In this document: positions 40,577 through 47,124 of the stretch, piece by piece
Layout of the letters: each line of letters opens with the position of its first letter
Numbering within the stretch: the first letter of the stretch is position 1
Virus record (IMG/VR): IMGVR_UViG_3300042507_004106
DNA from: a virus
Taxonomy: Duplodnaviria; Caudoviricetes
DNA length: 64,000 nucleotides
Reading direction: 5' to 3' (one strand)
Made by a program: the position numbers and the translations under genes
Notes under the pieces: model-generated
What the model saw: the letters and a program-made list of their open reading frames with translations, nothing else
Database searches by the model: none
Told to the model about the DNA's origin: nothing

Positions 40577-40773
40577 TTCAGTATATGATTGAACCTTTTC
40601 TGCTATTATATATTCTCCGGGATTTTTTGAATAGAGAGATATTGAAAGGTCGATCTGGGTCGTTTATAGCTTATGGGGACCCATTCATTATAACACGGGG
40701 GCGGGGTAGGGGACCGCAACCCCCCACCCACTGCCGATCACGAACGAATAAGACTGCCCCCACGAACAGCGGG

Positions 40774-40944
40774 TCACCCCCGCCCCGCGAATGCCTCAGA
40801 GTACTGGGCGGCGATGGCGACGGCGGGCAGACCCCAGTGGATGTAGGCGGAGGGGCGGGAACCGTTCTTCAGTTGGTCGTGGCGGGAGATCCATTTGATC
40901 TGGCGGGTCTCCAGGTCAGAGCACATGCAGAGGGGGAAGCGCAT
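40774..40944 (-). CDS. small early hypothetical protein
   Basis: 56 aa from MRFPLCMCSDLETRQIKW; preceded by TTGCGA-17-TACAAT. Confidence 0.65.
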   Translation of the reverse strand: MRFPLCMCSDLETRQIKWISRHDQLKNGSRPSAYIHWGLPAVAIAAQYSEAFAGRG

Positions 40945-40969
40945 CGGTCTGGGGTGGTGAACTGAGAGA

Positions 40970-40998
40970 ATTGTACAGCATCGGGGGGCGGATCGCAA
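40970..40998 (-). promoter_or_regulatory. early promoter TTGCGA-17-TACAAT
   Basis: -35 at 40998-40993, -10 at 40975-40970. Confidence 0.75.
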
Positions 40999-41014
40999 CC
41001 CACCCCCTCACGAA

Positions 41015-41275
41015 TCAGATGCCTGCCATTGCGGCGACCAGCCGATCACGCTTGCGGATCGCTTCGGGCAGGATGAACCACTCATCACGCTTGCCGTTGG
41101 CGTGGCAGGTGGCGGCGAGGATGCGCTCCTGCTCCATGTCCACCATCAGGGCATGGATGGTGCCCTTGTGGCGGCGGGGGTCAAGACCCATAGAGCGCAC
41201 CAGGTCGGAGCAGGTCATGGGGCCATCGTTGATCAGGTGAGTGCGGATGGCGGCGCAGATGATGGAGGTGAGCAT
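41015..41275 (-). CDS. winged-helix-like small protein
   Basis: 86 aa; AIRTHLINDGPMTCSDLVRSMGLD...TIHALMVDMEQERIL..(wing)..WFI follows the wHTH pattern. Confidence 0.55.
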   Translation of the reverse strand: MLTSIICAAIRTHLINDGPMTCSDLVRSMGLDPRRHKGTIHALMVDMEQERILAATCHANGKRDEWFILPEAIRKRDRLVAAMAGI

Positions 41276-41289
41276 GGTTCGGGGTCCTG

Positions 41290-41311
41290 TGAACTGAGAG
41301 TATTGTAGCAG
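41290..41311 (-). promoter_or_regulatory. extended -10 early promoter TGCTACAAT
   Basis: Minus strand CTGCTACAATACTCTCAGTTCA; same motif at 41497-41519 and 41971-41993. Confidence 0.75.
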
Positions 41312-41312
41312 G

Positions 41313-41480
41313 TCAAAAGGCGACCTCATGATCCCAGTAGAGATGCCACAGGGCGGTCAGAGTCTCCCGCTCCCGCTGCTGACGGTAGTGTGCCCAGGAC
41401 TCGTGCTCAAAGGGACGCAGGGCGGCAGCGCGGGCAGCGGCGCAGCGCATCGCGTTGTCGGCCCAGGTGTGGTTGGTCAT
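41313..41480 (-). CDS. small early hypothetical protein
   Basis: 55 aa from MTNHTWADNAMRC; own promoter at 41507-41512. Confidence 0.6.
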   Translation of the reverse strand: MTNHTWADNAMRCAAARAAALRPFEHESWAHYRQQRERETLTALWHLYWDHEVAF

Positions 41481-41496
41481 CGGTGGGGGAGGTGTC

Positions 41497-41519
41497 GGTT
41501 GAGAGTATTGTAGCAGATC
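41497..41519 (-). promoter_or_regulatory. extended -10 early promoter, 23-nt repeat copy
   Basis: Plus strand GGTTGAGAGTATTGTAGCAGATC, identical to 41971-41993. Confidence 0.75.
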
Positions 41520-41530
41520 GGGGGGGGGGC

Positions 41531-41692
41531 TCACTGCCCGTTGGTGTAGTCTCCGATGATGACCCCGTTGCAGCGGACCTGAGCGTAACCGTACTCTTCA
41601 GAGAGGTCCAGGCACAGGAGCCAGGCGCGGTCGGCGTCGGTGGTGGTGTTCTCCCAAGGAGCGGAGGGGCAGAACACGTCGTAGCGGGTCAT
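41531..41692 (-). CDS. small early hypothetical protein
   Basis: Hand-found 53 aa MTRYDVFCPSAPWENTTTDADRAWLLCLDLSEEYGYAQVRCNGVIIGDYTNGQ; TATACT box at 41716-41721. Confidence 0.7.
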   Translation of the reverse strand: MTRYDVFCPSAPWENTTTDADRAWLLCLDLSEEYGYAQVRCNGVIIGDYTNGQ

Positions 41693-41760
41693 GAGAGGTT
41701 GTCTGAACTGAAGTCAGTATAGCGGGTCGGTGGGGGGCATCGCGGCCCCCAGTGTGCGGT

Positions 41761-41958
41761 TCAGGAATTGGGCCAGAGGGCGTTGGCGATCTTATCAGCA
41801 GCGCCCTGCAGGTTGTCGCGGACGATCAGGCGGAGGATCTCAGCACCGTCAGGGGTGGCGTGCATCTGGCGGATCATGCTAGGGGTGAAGCAATCCCAGG
41901 TGATCACATCAGCAGTCTGCAGGAGTTGGGCGTCGGCGTTGGAGATGGTGTGAGTCAT
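41761..41958 (-). CDS. small early hypothetical protein
   Basis: 65-aa ORF directly after the promoter at 41971-41993. Confidence 0.7.
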   Translation of the reverse strand: MTHTISNADAQLLQTADVITWDCFTPSMIRQMHATPDGAEILRLIVRDNLQGAADKIANALWPNS

Positions 41959-41970
41959 GGGGTTCGTTGC

Positions 41971-41993
41971 GGTTGAGAGTATTGTAGCAGATC
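41971..41993 (-). promoter_or_regulatory. extended -10 early promoter, 23-nt repeat copy
   Basis: Identical to 41497-41519. Confidence 0.75.
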
Positions 41994-42213
41994 AGGCGTC
42001 CCGTGCTGCTAGGAGCAGGGCATGAAATTTGTGGAATTCGTGGGTCATGCCAGGGGAGAGAGTCGGGCGTCCCTTGCTGCCGTGAGTCGGAAGGTGGAAG
42101 GTCTGGGGGATGCTAGGATGGGTCACCTTGTCGTGACTGCCCCCTGATTTGATGGTTGCTCCTGCCTTCAGGAACTGGCGGCGGGCGTCGCGTACCTTGA
42201 TTGGGGATGCCAT
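41992..42213 (-). CDS. hicA: HicA-like (dsRBD-fold) mRNA interferase, solo
   Basis: 73 aa MASPIKVRDARRQFLKAGATIKSGGSHDKVTHPSIPQTFHLPTHG..TLSPGM; has the HicA GSH catalytic His and the HP..T.P.H...L.PG pattern. Confidence 0.72.
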   Translation of the reverse strand: MASPIKVRDARRQFLKAGATIKSGGSHDKVTHPSIPQTFHLPTHGSKGRPTLSPGMTHEFHKFHALLLAARDA

Positions 42214-42226
42214 AGGAGGGTCGGGG

Positions 42227-42394
42227 TCAGTGGCGGTCGCTGATGTCCCACACGCCCCAGCCGCCGTTGGCGTGAGCGTCGCGGACTTCGATCGCCTGCT
42301 GCCTCTGGGCGCTGGTGTAGGTTGCCCAACCATCGCTGTTGAGGTCGTCGCCGTAGCAGGCATTCCAGATTAGGTTCGCTTCGGTCAGGGTCAT
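42227..42394 (-). CDS. small early hypothetical protein upstream of hicA
   Basis: Hand-found 55 aa MTLTEANLIWNACYGDDLNSDGWATYTSAQRQQAIEVRDAHANGGWGVWDISDRH; TATACT box at 42418-42423. Confidence 0.65.
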   Translation of the reverse strand: MTLTEANLIWNACYGDDLNSDGWATYTSAQRQQAIEVRDAHANGGWGVWDISDRH

Positions 42395-42463
42395 GAGTCG
42401 TTTGCTTTGGTTCCCATAGTATAAGACCCCCAGCGGCGAACCGTGGGGGTCTGGTGGTCAGAT

Positions 42464-42631
42464 TCAGAACTGGATCGGATCGGCGGTCGGGGCGCTGATT
42501 GCCGCATAATGGGCGGCGCAGTCAGCGATGCCTGCCTGCTCAACGTCGCTGGTGATGGTATCCAGGATCTGCAGGATGCTGTCCCCGTTGCTACCTTGGC
42601 GGAGCAGGGACAGGGCAAGGTCGCGGGTCAT
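42464..42631 (-). CDS. small early hypothetical protein
   Basis: 55 aa from MTRDLALSLLRQGSNGDSILQILDTI. Confidence 0.7.
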   Translation of the reverse strand: MTRDLALSLLRQGSNGDSILQILDTITSDVEQAGIADCAAHYAAISAPTADPIQF

Positions 42632-42689
42632 TTGGAATTCGGGTAGAAAGGTTGGCGGAGTCTTTAGGGGCGCTGCCGTTCCCATTGTA

Positions 42690-42851
42690 TCAGCGTTCGA
42701 GTTGCGCCAGACTGCTAGGGGCGATGTGAGAGGGAGAACCACAGGAGCGGTAGAAGTCTACCATGCGGTCTGCCTCCTCTTTACTGGTGAACCACTGCGA
42801 CCGCCACTCACAAGCGTTGTAGGGGGTCTGGTAACGGACTTCGAAGCGCAT
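42690..42851 (-). CDS. small early hypothetical protein
   Basis: Hand-found 53 aa MRFEVRYQTPYNACEWRSQWFTSKEEADRMVDFYRSCGSPSHIA; TAGAAT box upstream. Confidence 0.7.
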   Translation of the reverse strand: MRFEVRYQTPYNACEWRSQWFTSKEEADRMVDFYRSCGSPSHIAPSSLAQLER

Positions 42852-42887
42852 GGGGTCGTTTGCTTGGTATGGAAGAATTCTACAGGG

Positions 42888-43004
42888 TCAGCGGGAGACG
42901 ATATCGCCTGCGGTGTGCAGTGCGCTTGCCGTCACACTGCGGATCGGTTCCAGCGGACCCCAGAGAGTGTAAGCGACGCAACCCAGAACCAGCAGTTTAA
43001 ACAT
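42888..43004 (-). CDS. small membrane-anchored peptide
   Basis: Hand-found 38 aa MFKLLVLGCVAYTLWGPLEPIRSVTASALHTAGDIVSR. Confidence 0.5.
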   Translation of the reverse strand: MFKLLVLGCVAYTLWGPLEPIRSVTASALHTAGDIVSR

Positions 43005-43037
43005 CAGAAATTTGCGATGGGAAAGTGAGAATCAGAA

Positions 43038-43298
43038 TCAGAAATCAAACACGTCGCCGTTAATCTCAGCGCGGTTGATCTTAGGGTCGTTCCACTTCAC
43101 ACCATCGGGAGTTTCTTTGGTGCCGAACTCATAGAATGCCTCAAGCAGATCCTCATAGCAGCAGATATCATTCTCACGGATGAAGGTATAAATGCCCTCA
43201 TCATTCTCAATCCAGAGCACAACATTCCAGGTCTCATAATTCGTCCAACCGTTATAGGTGCGGTCGGTGAGGTTGGTCTGGTAGGTGGTGGCGGGCAT
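43038..43298 (-). CDS. conserved phage hypothetical protein (YNGWTNYETW family)
   Basis: YNGWTNYETWNVVLWIEND..Y and TPDGVKW motifs; start MPATTY at 43298. Confidence 0.75.
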   Translation of the reverse strand: MPATTYQTNLTDRTYNGWTNYETWNVVLWIENDEGIYTFIRENDICCYEDLLEAFYEFGTKETPDGVKWNDPKINRAEINGDVFDF

Positions 43299-43356
43299 TG
43301 GGTTCGTTTGAACTGAAGTTAGTATAGGGGCAGGGAGGGGGGTCTGTGCCCCCCTG

Positions 43357-43380
43357 GTGGACAGTTCAGTAAGCGTCACA
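43357..43380. promoter_or_regulatory. 24-bp palindromic promoter-upstream box (copy)
   Basis: GTGGACAGTT-CAGT-AAGCGTCACA, 30 nt from the TATACT box at 43321-43326. Confidence 0.75.
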
Positions 43381-44118
43381 GCGGGCGTTGACTTCCTGCA
43401 GAAGTTTACCTACCTTGTCCTGCTGCAGTTTGATGACAACTTGACTGTTACGGTTTGCCTTACTGGCGCCCAGAAATGCATTGATGCCGTTGTTACTGGT
43501 CACCCGCAAACGCAGACCGCAATCATACACATTCCCTTCAGCATCTACAAAGTACACCATGCGGGAAGATTTGCCGTTGCCTTTGAGAACAACAGAGTAA
43601 CCCTTCTGAATGTAACCGACTGCAGGATGTTGCTCTGCAGCGAACACATAAAGTTCAGAAGTCTTGGTGTCGTTGATCACCAGATCAAACCCAGCATTGT
43701 GCTCAATCAGACCACGCTGCAGAATCTCAATCACTTGTGCAGAGGTGAGAGAATCCAGGGAAAGTTCGCAGAGAGCATTGAAACTGTCGCGAATCTTCAG
43801 CACAAATTCTTCATCAGAACGCAGCGATTCGGGCATCTGACGGAGTTCTTTCATGTTAGAAAGAAAGTGGTCAAAGGTATCACCCAGCACGTCATTGTAG
43901 GCGCTGGTGTTGAACCAATCAAACGAACCGTTGCTGATGCCTTCCTTACGCTTGATGCTGATCTTCTTATCACCAGCGACGGCATCTTCCTTACACTTAG
44001 TGCCGCCACGCTTCTCTACAGTTTCGCTGTAGATTTGCTTTTCATTCAGGATTTGAACGGTGAGGTCCTCATTCTTCACACCACCGTGATGAACAGAACC
44101 GTCAGTTTTGTAGGTCAT
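43366..44118 (-). CDS. PD-(D/E)xK-like endonuclease (restriction- or homing-type)
   Basis: 250 aa from MTYKTDG; N-terminal G.KNE helix, GGTKCKED..ISIK (D...SxK), C-terminal LRLRVTSNNG and IKLQQD. Confidence 0.5.
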   Translation of the reverse strand: MTYKTDGSVHHGGVKNEDLTVQILNEKQIYSETVEKRGGTKCKEDAVAGDKKISIKRKEGISNGSFDWFNTSAYNDVLGDTFDHFLSNMKELRQMPESLRSDEEFVLKIRDSFNALCELSLDSLTSAQVIEILQRGLIEHNAGFDLVINDTKTSELYVFAAEQHPAVGYIQKGYSVVLKGNGKSSRMVYFVDAEGNVYDCGLRLRVTSNNGINAFLGASKANRNSQVVIKLQQDKVGKLLQEVNARCDAY

Positions 44119-44212
44119 TTGTTTACCGTGATCGACACGGGCGAATAGAGTAGGTTGGGCAGTCCTCACCTCTGCCCTTGGGGGGTCCTCCTTCCTCCCC
44201 CCTGGTGAACAT

Positions 44213-44241
44213 AGAATACCCTGGATTGGGGGGCAGGTCAA
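44213..44241 (-). promoter_or_regulatory. sigma70-type promoter TTGACC-17-TATTCT
   Basis: -35 at 44241-44236, -10 at 44218-44213, about 95 nt upstream of the nuclease ATG. Confidence 0.7.
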
Positions 44242-44263
44242 CCCCCTGACCCATTAGCGTCGC

Positions 44264-45157
44264 TTATGCGACCTGAAACCGTCCGCTGTTGAAATTATGA
44301 TAAGCGAACACCTCACGATTCACCAGTTTGAACATACCAAACTCATTGGTCATCACATAACCTTCGGCATCAATACGGTTGCCATTGATGTATGCTGCAG
44401 GTCCGTCATTGCGGCAGATAAACAGGCAGTCATCTTTGATGCTCTTTACCAATGCCCACAAACGAATCAGGTTAGCGTCACAATCGAAATCTTCTGCGAC
44501 GATCTGATCACCCGAACGGATGCAAGCGTTGATCTGCTGTTTGATCTTTGCTGCTTCCTTCTCACTCACGAACTGAGCAGTAGTAGACATTTGACGGGCA
44601 AAATCTACAACCTCTTTTACATCAGCGAACGACTCTTGATTGTGCAGAATGTAAGCATCAGGTTTGATGAACTTCACCGTTTCAGTATCATTCCAGACGG
44701 CACGATCAGGCATTGCGACTGCATCACGAAGGTCGCTCTCAGCATAATAGCAAGTGTGAGGAGCGATGATAATCTCTTGAGAAACTACCTCACCAAACTT
44801 GTAAGTGATCGTATTGGGGCAATACTCATCACTACCGCCAAAACCAATAAAATCACCTTGAATGATAGCATTTGCGCGAGGCAGATAATCAAAGCAAGAA
44901 TGCAGAATACGCGCAACTTCACCCTGATAGAATGCATCAATCTCTTCATGATTGTGTGCAATACGAATCTTTTTCTTGTTAAAGACTGCCTTGGTTCCTA
45001 CAAAGAATTCACCACAGGCAGGGTCGATGCCCCATACAATGGCGGGAGCACCGTCGATCTTAACGGACAGGGAACCAGGATTCACGAACCAATCCAGAAC
45101 GGACAGGTCGCCCGTGAGGATGGTATCTTCGGGGTGTTCGAGGTGGGTGTTCTTCAT
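44264..45157 (-). CDS. conserved cyanophage protein with covalent nucleotidyltransferase (ligase-like) motifs
   Basis: 297 aa from MKNTHLEHPED; SVKIDGAP (KxDG), IQGDF, EGYV, FKLVN. Confidence 0.65.
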   Translation of the reverse strand: MKNTHLEHPEDTILTGDLSVLDWFVNPGSLSVKIDGAPAIVWGIDPACGEFFVGTKAVFNKKKIRIAHNHEEIDAFYQGEVARILHSCFDYLPRANAIIQGDFIGFGGSDEYCPNTITYKFGEVVSQEIIIAPHTCYYAESDLRDAVAMPDRAVWNDTETVKFIKPDAYILHNQESFADVKEVVDFARQMSTTAQFVSEKEAAKIKQQINACIRSGDQIVAEDFDCDANLIRLWALVKSIKDDCLFICRNDGPAAYINGNRIDAEGYVMTNEFGMFKLVNREVFAYHNFNSGRFQVA

Positions 45158-45199
45158 GCTCTTAAGATACCAGGGATTCAGGGGCAGCACAAGCGGTAG

Positions 45200-45223
45200 G
45201 GTGCCACCTTACGAACTGGCACA
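45200..45223. promoter_or_regulatory. 24-bp palindromic box shared by divergent -10 elements
   Basis: GGTGCCACCT-TACG-AACTGGCACA; 30 nt from minus-strand TATCTT (45164-45169) and 30 nt from plus-strand TATACT (45254-45259). Confidence 0.75.
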
Positions 45224-45348
45224 GGGTGACCCTCTACGGGGTCTGTGGCGTCTTATACTAAGGTCACAAGCGAAGGAGGGGCGGGGTAGCCCTGAAGACG
45301 AAAAAGGTCGCCACTGGGGCAGCTTTGAAATAGTAAGAAAGAAAGTAT

Positions 45349-45373
45349 AAAAAAAGGGAGGCAATCGCCCCCC
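45349..45373 (-). terminator. intrinsic terminator
   Basis: Minus strand GGGGGGC-GATT-GCCTCCC followed by a T7 run, just after the 45380 stop. Confidence 0.8.
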
Positions 45374-45379
45374 GATTCT

Positions 45380-45727
45380 TTATGCGAACATGAACCCATC
45401 TTGGAATTCGTATTCATTGTAGACAGGAGAAGTTCCTGCCTGCCCGATGAACTTGTGGACGAACCAATTGAAGTTGCGTTGAAACACACATTCGCCCTTG
45501 ATTCCATGCTCTTGAAGAATAGCATTCAGGCGCGATTTGGTGGTCACAGACTGATAACCACCGTCAAAGATTTGCACGAAGTCATCACCAATGGTGGCGA
45601 TGTGATTGCCGTGCAGGAACACTTTAGACTCTTGAGTTTCAGGGTCAAAGGTAACCTCAGTGTTGCCAGACTTCCAGTTGATGGAGTCACGAATGGCGGC
45701 GTTCATCTGCTGTTCGATCTTACGCAT
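45380..45727 (-). CDS. conserved cyanophage hypothetical protein
   Basis: 115 aa from MRKIEQQMNAAI; VFLHGNHIA, QSVTTKSRLNAIL; promoter TTGCAA-17-CATACT upstream. Confidence 0.75.
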   Translation of the reverse strand: MRKIEQQMNAAIRDSINWKSGNTEVTFDPETQESKVFLHGNHIATIGDDFVQIFDGGYQSVTTKSRLNAILQEHGIKGECVFQRNFNWFVHKFIGQAGTSPVYNEYEFQDGFMFA

Positions 45728-45788
45728 TGGGGGTTTCCCTCTCAACAAATACAGTATGGATCAGATCGGGGGCAATTGCAAGGGGTCT

Positions 45789-45812
45789 TGTGCCACCTTG
45801 TGGACTGTCACA
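45789..45812. promoter_or_regulatory. 24-bp palindromic box (copy)
   Basis: TGTGCCACCT-TGTG-GACTGTCACA, 30 nt from CATACT at 45753-45758. Confidence 0.8.
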
Positions 45813-45816
45813 TGGT

Positions 45817-45966
45817 TCAGGAAGTGTAGAGTGCGAAGTTGTACTGTTGCTGCAAACGAGTCAGAATGTCATCCCAGAACTCTTTATCCTCATCGTCATT
45901 GTATTGGTTGTTATCTTCAACCAAACGAATCAGATTGTTAAGATCGTCAGGAGTGAGATAGTTCAT
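45817..45966 (-). CDS. small acidic protein
   Basis: Hand-found 49 aa MNYLTPDDLNNLIRLVEDNNQYNDDEDKEFWDDILTRL; TGATG coupling to the upstream gene. Confidence 0.7.
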   Translation of the reverse strand: MNYLTPDDLNNLIRLVEDNNQYNDDEDKEFWDDILTRLQQQYNFALYTS

Positions 45967-46121
45967 CAGACTTCATCCCTCATTTCAGAAAGTTTGTCAT
46001 ACAATGCAGAAACATCTACATTCAGTTGTTCACTCACGAAACTCCAATCATCATGAAACTCAATGAGTGCCAGAATGGCATCCAGTTCCTCAAATGTCAA
46101 CGAAGTGAGAGTCATTGTCAT
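45966..46121 (-). CDS. small acidic protein
   Basis: Hand-found 51 aa MTMTLTSLTFEELDAILALIEFHDDWSFVSEQL; TGATG coupling. Confidence 0.7.
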   Translation of the reverse strand: MTMTLTSLTFEELDAILALIEFHDDWSFVSEQLNVDVSALYDKLSEMRDEV

Positions 46122-46246
46122 CAGTAATCGTAGTTTGCGTTCAGGTACTCATTCACATCGAACTTTTCATCTTTCAGTTCGGGAATGTCCATGTCAAAGA
46201 TCTCACCAGGAGCATCTTGAATCTCAGACCAGAGTTCATCAAACAT
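46121..46246 (-). CDS. small acidic protein
   Basis: Hand-found 41 aa MFDELWSEIQDAPGEIFDMDIPELKDEKFDVNEYLNANYDY. Confidence 0.7.
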   Translation of the reverse strand: MFDELWSEIQDAPGEIFDMDIPELKDEKFDVNEYLNANYDY

Positions 46247-46283
46247 GGTTTGTCTCTCAGGAACGAATGTAATGTAGCAGGAA

Positions 46284-46541
46284 TCAGGAACGCTTGGTGC
46301 GCTTCTGTGCCACTTTCACAGGCGGCACATCAGCATTCAGTTGTGCCAGCAGTTGATCCACAATGGTATCAACGAACTGCAGAACAGTTTGCATCATCTT
46401 ACGGGTCTTTTCTTTGCCATTGTTCTCATTGAACGAACGCACAGCAAACTGTACAATTCCCACAACGATTGCGGAGATGGTAGCAACGTTGAAGATCAAC
46501 GTGTCGATGAAAGTCCAGTAGAAAGTGTTGGTGGTTTTCAT
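46284..46541 (-). CDS. small membrane protein
   Basis: 85 aa from MKTTNTFYW, with hydrophobic segment LIFNVATISAIVVGIVQFAV. Confidence 0.65.
   Translation of the reverse strand: MKTTNTFYWTFIDTLIFNVATISAIVVGIVQFAVRSFNENNGKEKTRKMMQTVLQFVDTIVDQLLAQLNADVPPVKVAQKRTKRS
46306..46329. promoter_or_regulatory. 24-bp palindromic box (copy, inside a CDS tail)
   Basis: TGTGCCACTT-TCAC-AGGCGGCACA, 29 nt from TACATT at 46271-46276. Confidence 0.75.
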
Positions 46542-46626
46542 AACAAATGGTGTGGGAGGTTGGTGTAGAGAATTCCTCAACCACGAATCAAACATAACAG
46601 GGGGGCAGCACGAATGCAACCCCCCT

Positions 46627-46650
46627 TGTACCACTATCCCAACTGTCCCA
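46627..46650. promoter_or_regulatory. 24-bp palindromic box (copy)
   Basis: TGTACCACTA-TCCC-AACTGTCCCA, 30 nt from TATGTT at 46591-46596. Confidence 0.65.
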
Positions 46651-46780
46651 CGAACTCCTGAATATAATAATCCAGCGGCAATTCCAGACGGTTTGCCTCA
46701 CTTTCCCATTCTTTCCATTCGGCTTCCGAAGCATCATTAATGAAGTCTTCGAAAGTATATTCAAAAGCGGGACCGCACAT
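46634..46780 (-). CDS. small acidic protein (LxxYYxQEFV family)
   Basis: 48 aa from MCGPAFEYTFEDF. Confidence 0.65.
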   Translation of the reverse strand: MCGPAFEYTFEDFINDASEAEWKEWESEANRLELPLDYYIQEFVGQLG

Positions 46781-46840
46781 AATCAAAAACTCAGGAACGA
46801 ATGCAATGTAGGACGGATTGGGCAGGAAGTCTAGGGGTCT

Positions 46841-46864
46841 TGTGCCACCTTGTAGACTGTCACA
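46841..46864. promoter_or_regulatory. 24-bp palindromic box (copy)
   Basis: TGTGCCACCT-TGTA-GACTGTCACA, 30 nt from TACATT at 46805-46810. Confidence 0.8.
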
Positions 46865-47066
46865 CCTCCGCCAATTGATTAATAATATTGCGGGCAAACT
46901 TCATGAAATCATAAGCAGTCACACCACCTTTGTGATTGTCGATAGCATAACCATCCAAAACATCGGTTTGATTATACGTGTTCACAATCAGCAGGCAAGC
47001 ATCATACAGTGCTGCAGAATGTTCTTCCTTGGAGTTAAACTGGAGAGCGTTGAAGGAAGGAAGCAT
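46860..47066 (-). CDS. small hypothetical protein
   Basis: 68 aa from MLPSFNALQF; its TGA lies inside the palindrome. Confidence 0.65.
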   Translation of the reverse strand: MLPSFNALQFNSKEEHSAALYDACLLIVNTYNQTDVLDGYAIDNHKGGVTAYDFMKFARNIINQLAEV

Positions 47067-47124
47067 CAGGAATCTCAGCGACGAATGTAACATAACCGAT
47101 TTCCGCCCCCACCACAAGGGGGAT

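Noticed and set aside
40528-43028. Many overlapping plus-strand ORFs in the GC-rich island (e.g. 40528-40965, 42528-43028)
   Set aside because: Expected from stop-codon scarcity at high GC; promoters and coherent small genes are all on the minus strand.
40680-43400. GC-rich island as host DNA contamination or a prophage junction
   Set aside because: No host housekeeping genes; same strand, promoter motifs and phage-type small genes continue across the GC gradient. A chimera cannot be fully excluded without reads.
43357-45199. Long plus-strand ORFs 43357-44148 (263 aa) and 44297-45199 (300 aa)
   Set aside because: Exact antisense shadows of minus-strand genes that have recognisable motifs and promoters; they have no motifs of their own.
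45288-45310. CTGAAGA-CGAAA resembling a hammerhead ribozyme core
   Set aside because: No stem II between CUGANGA and GAAA and no convincing stems I/III with an NUH site.
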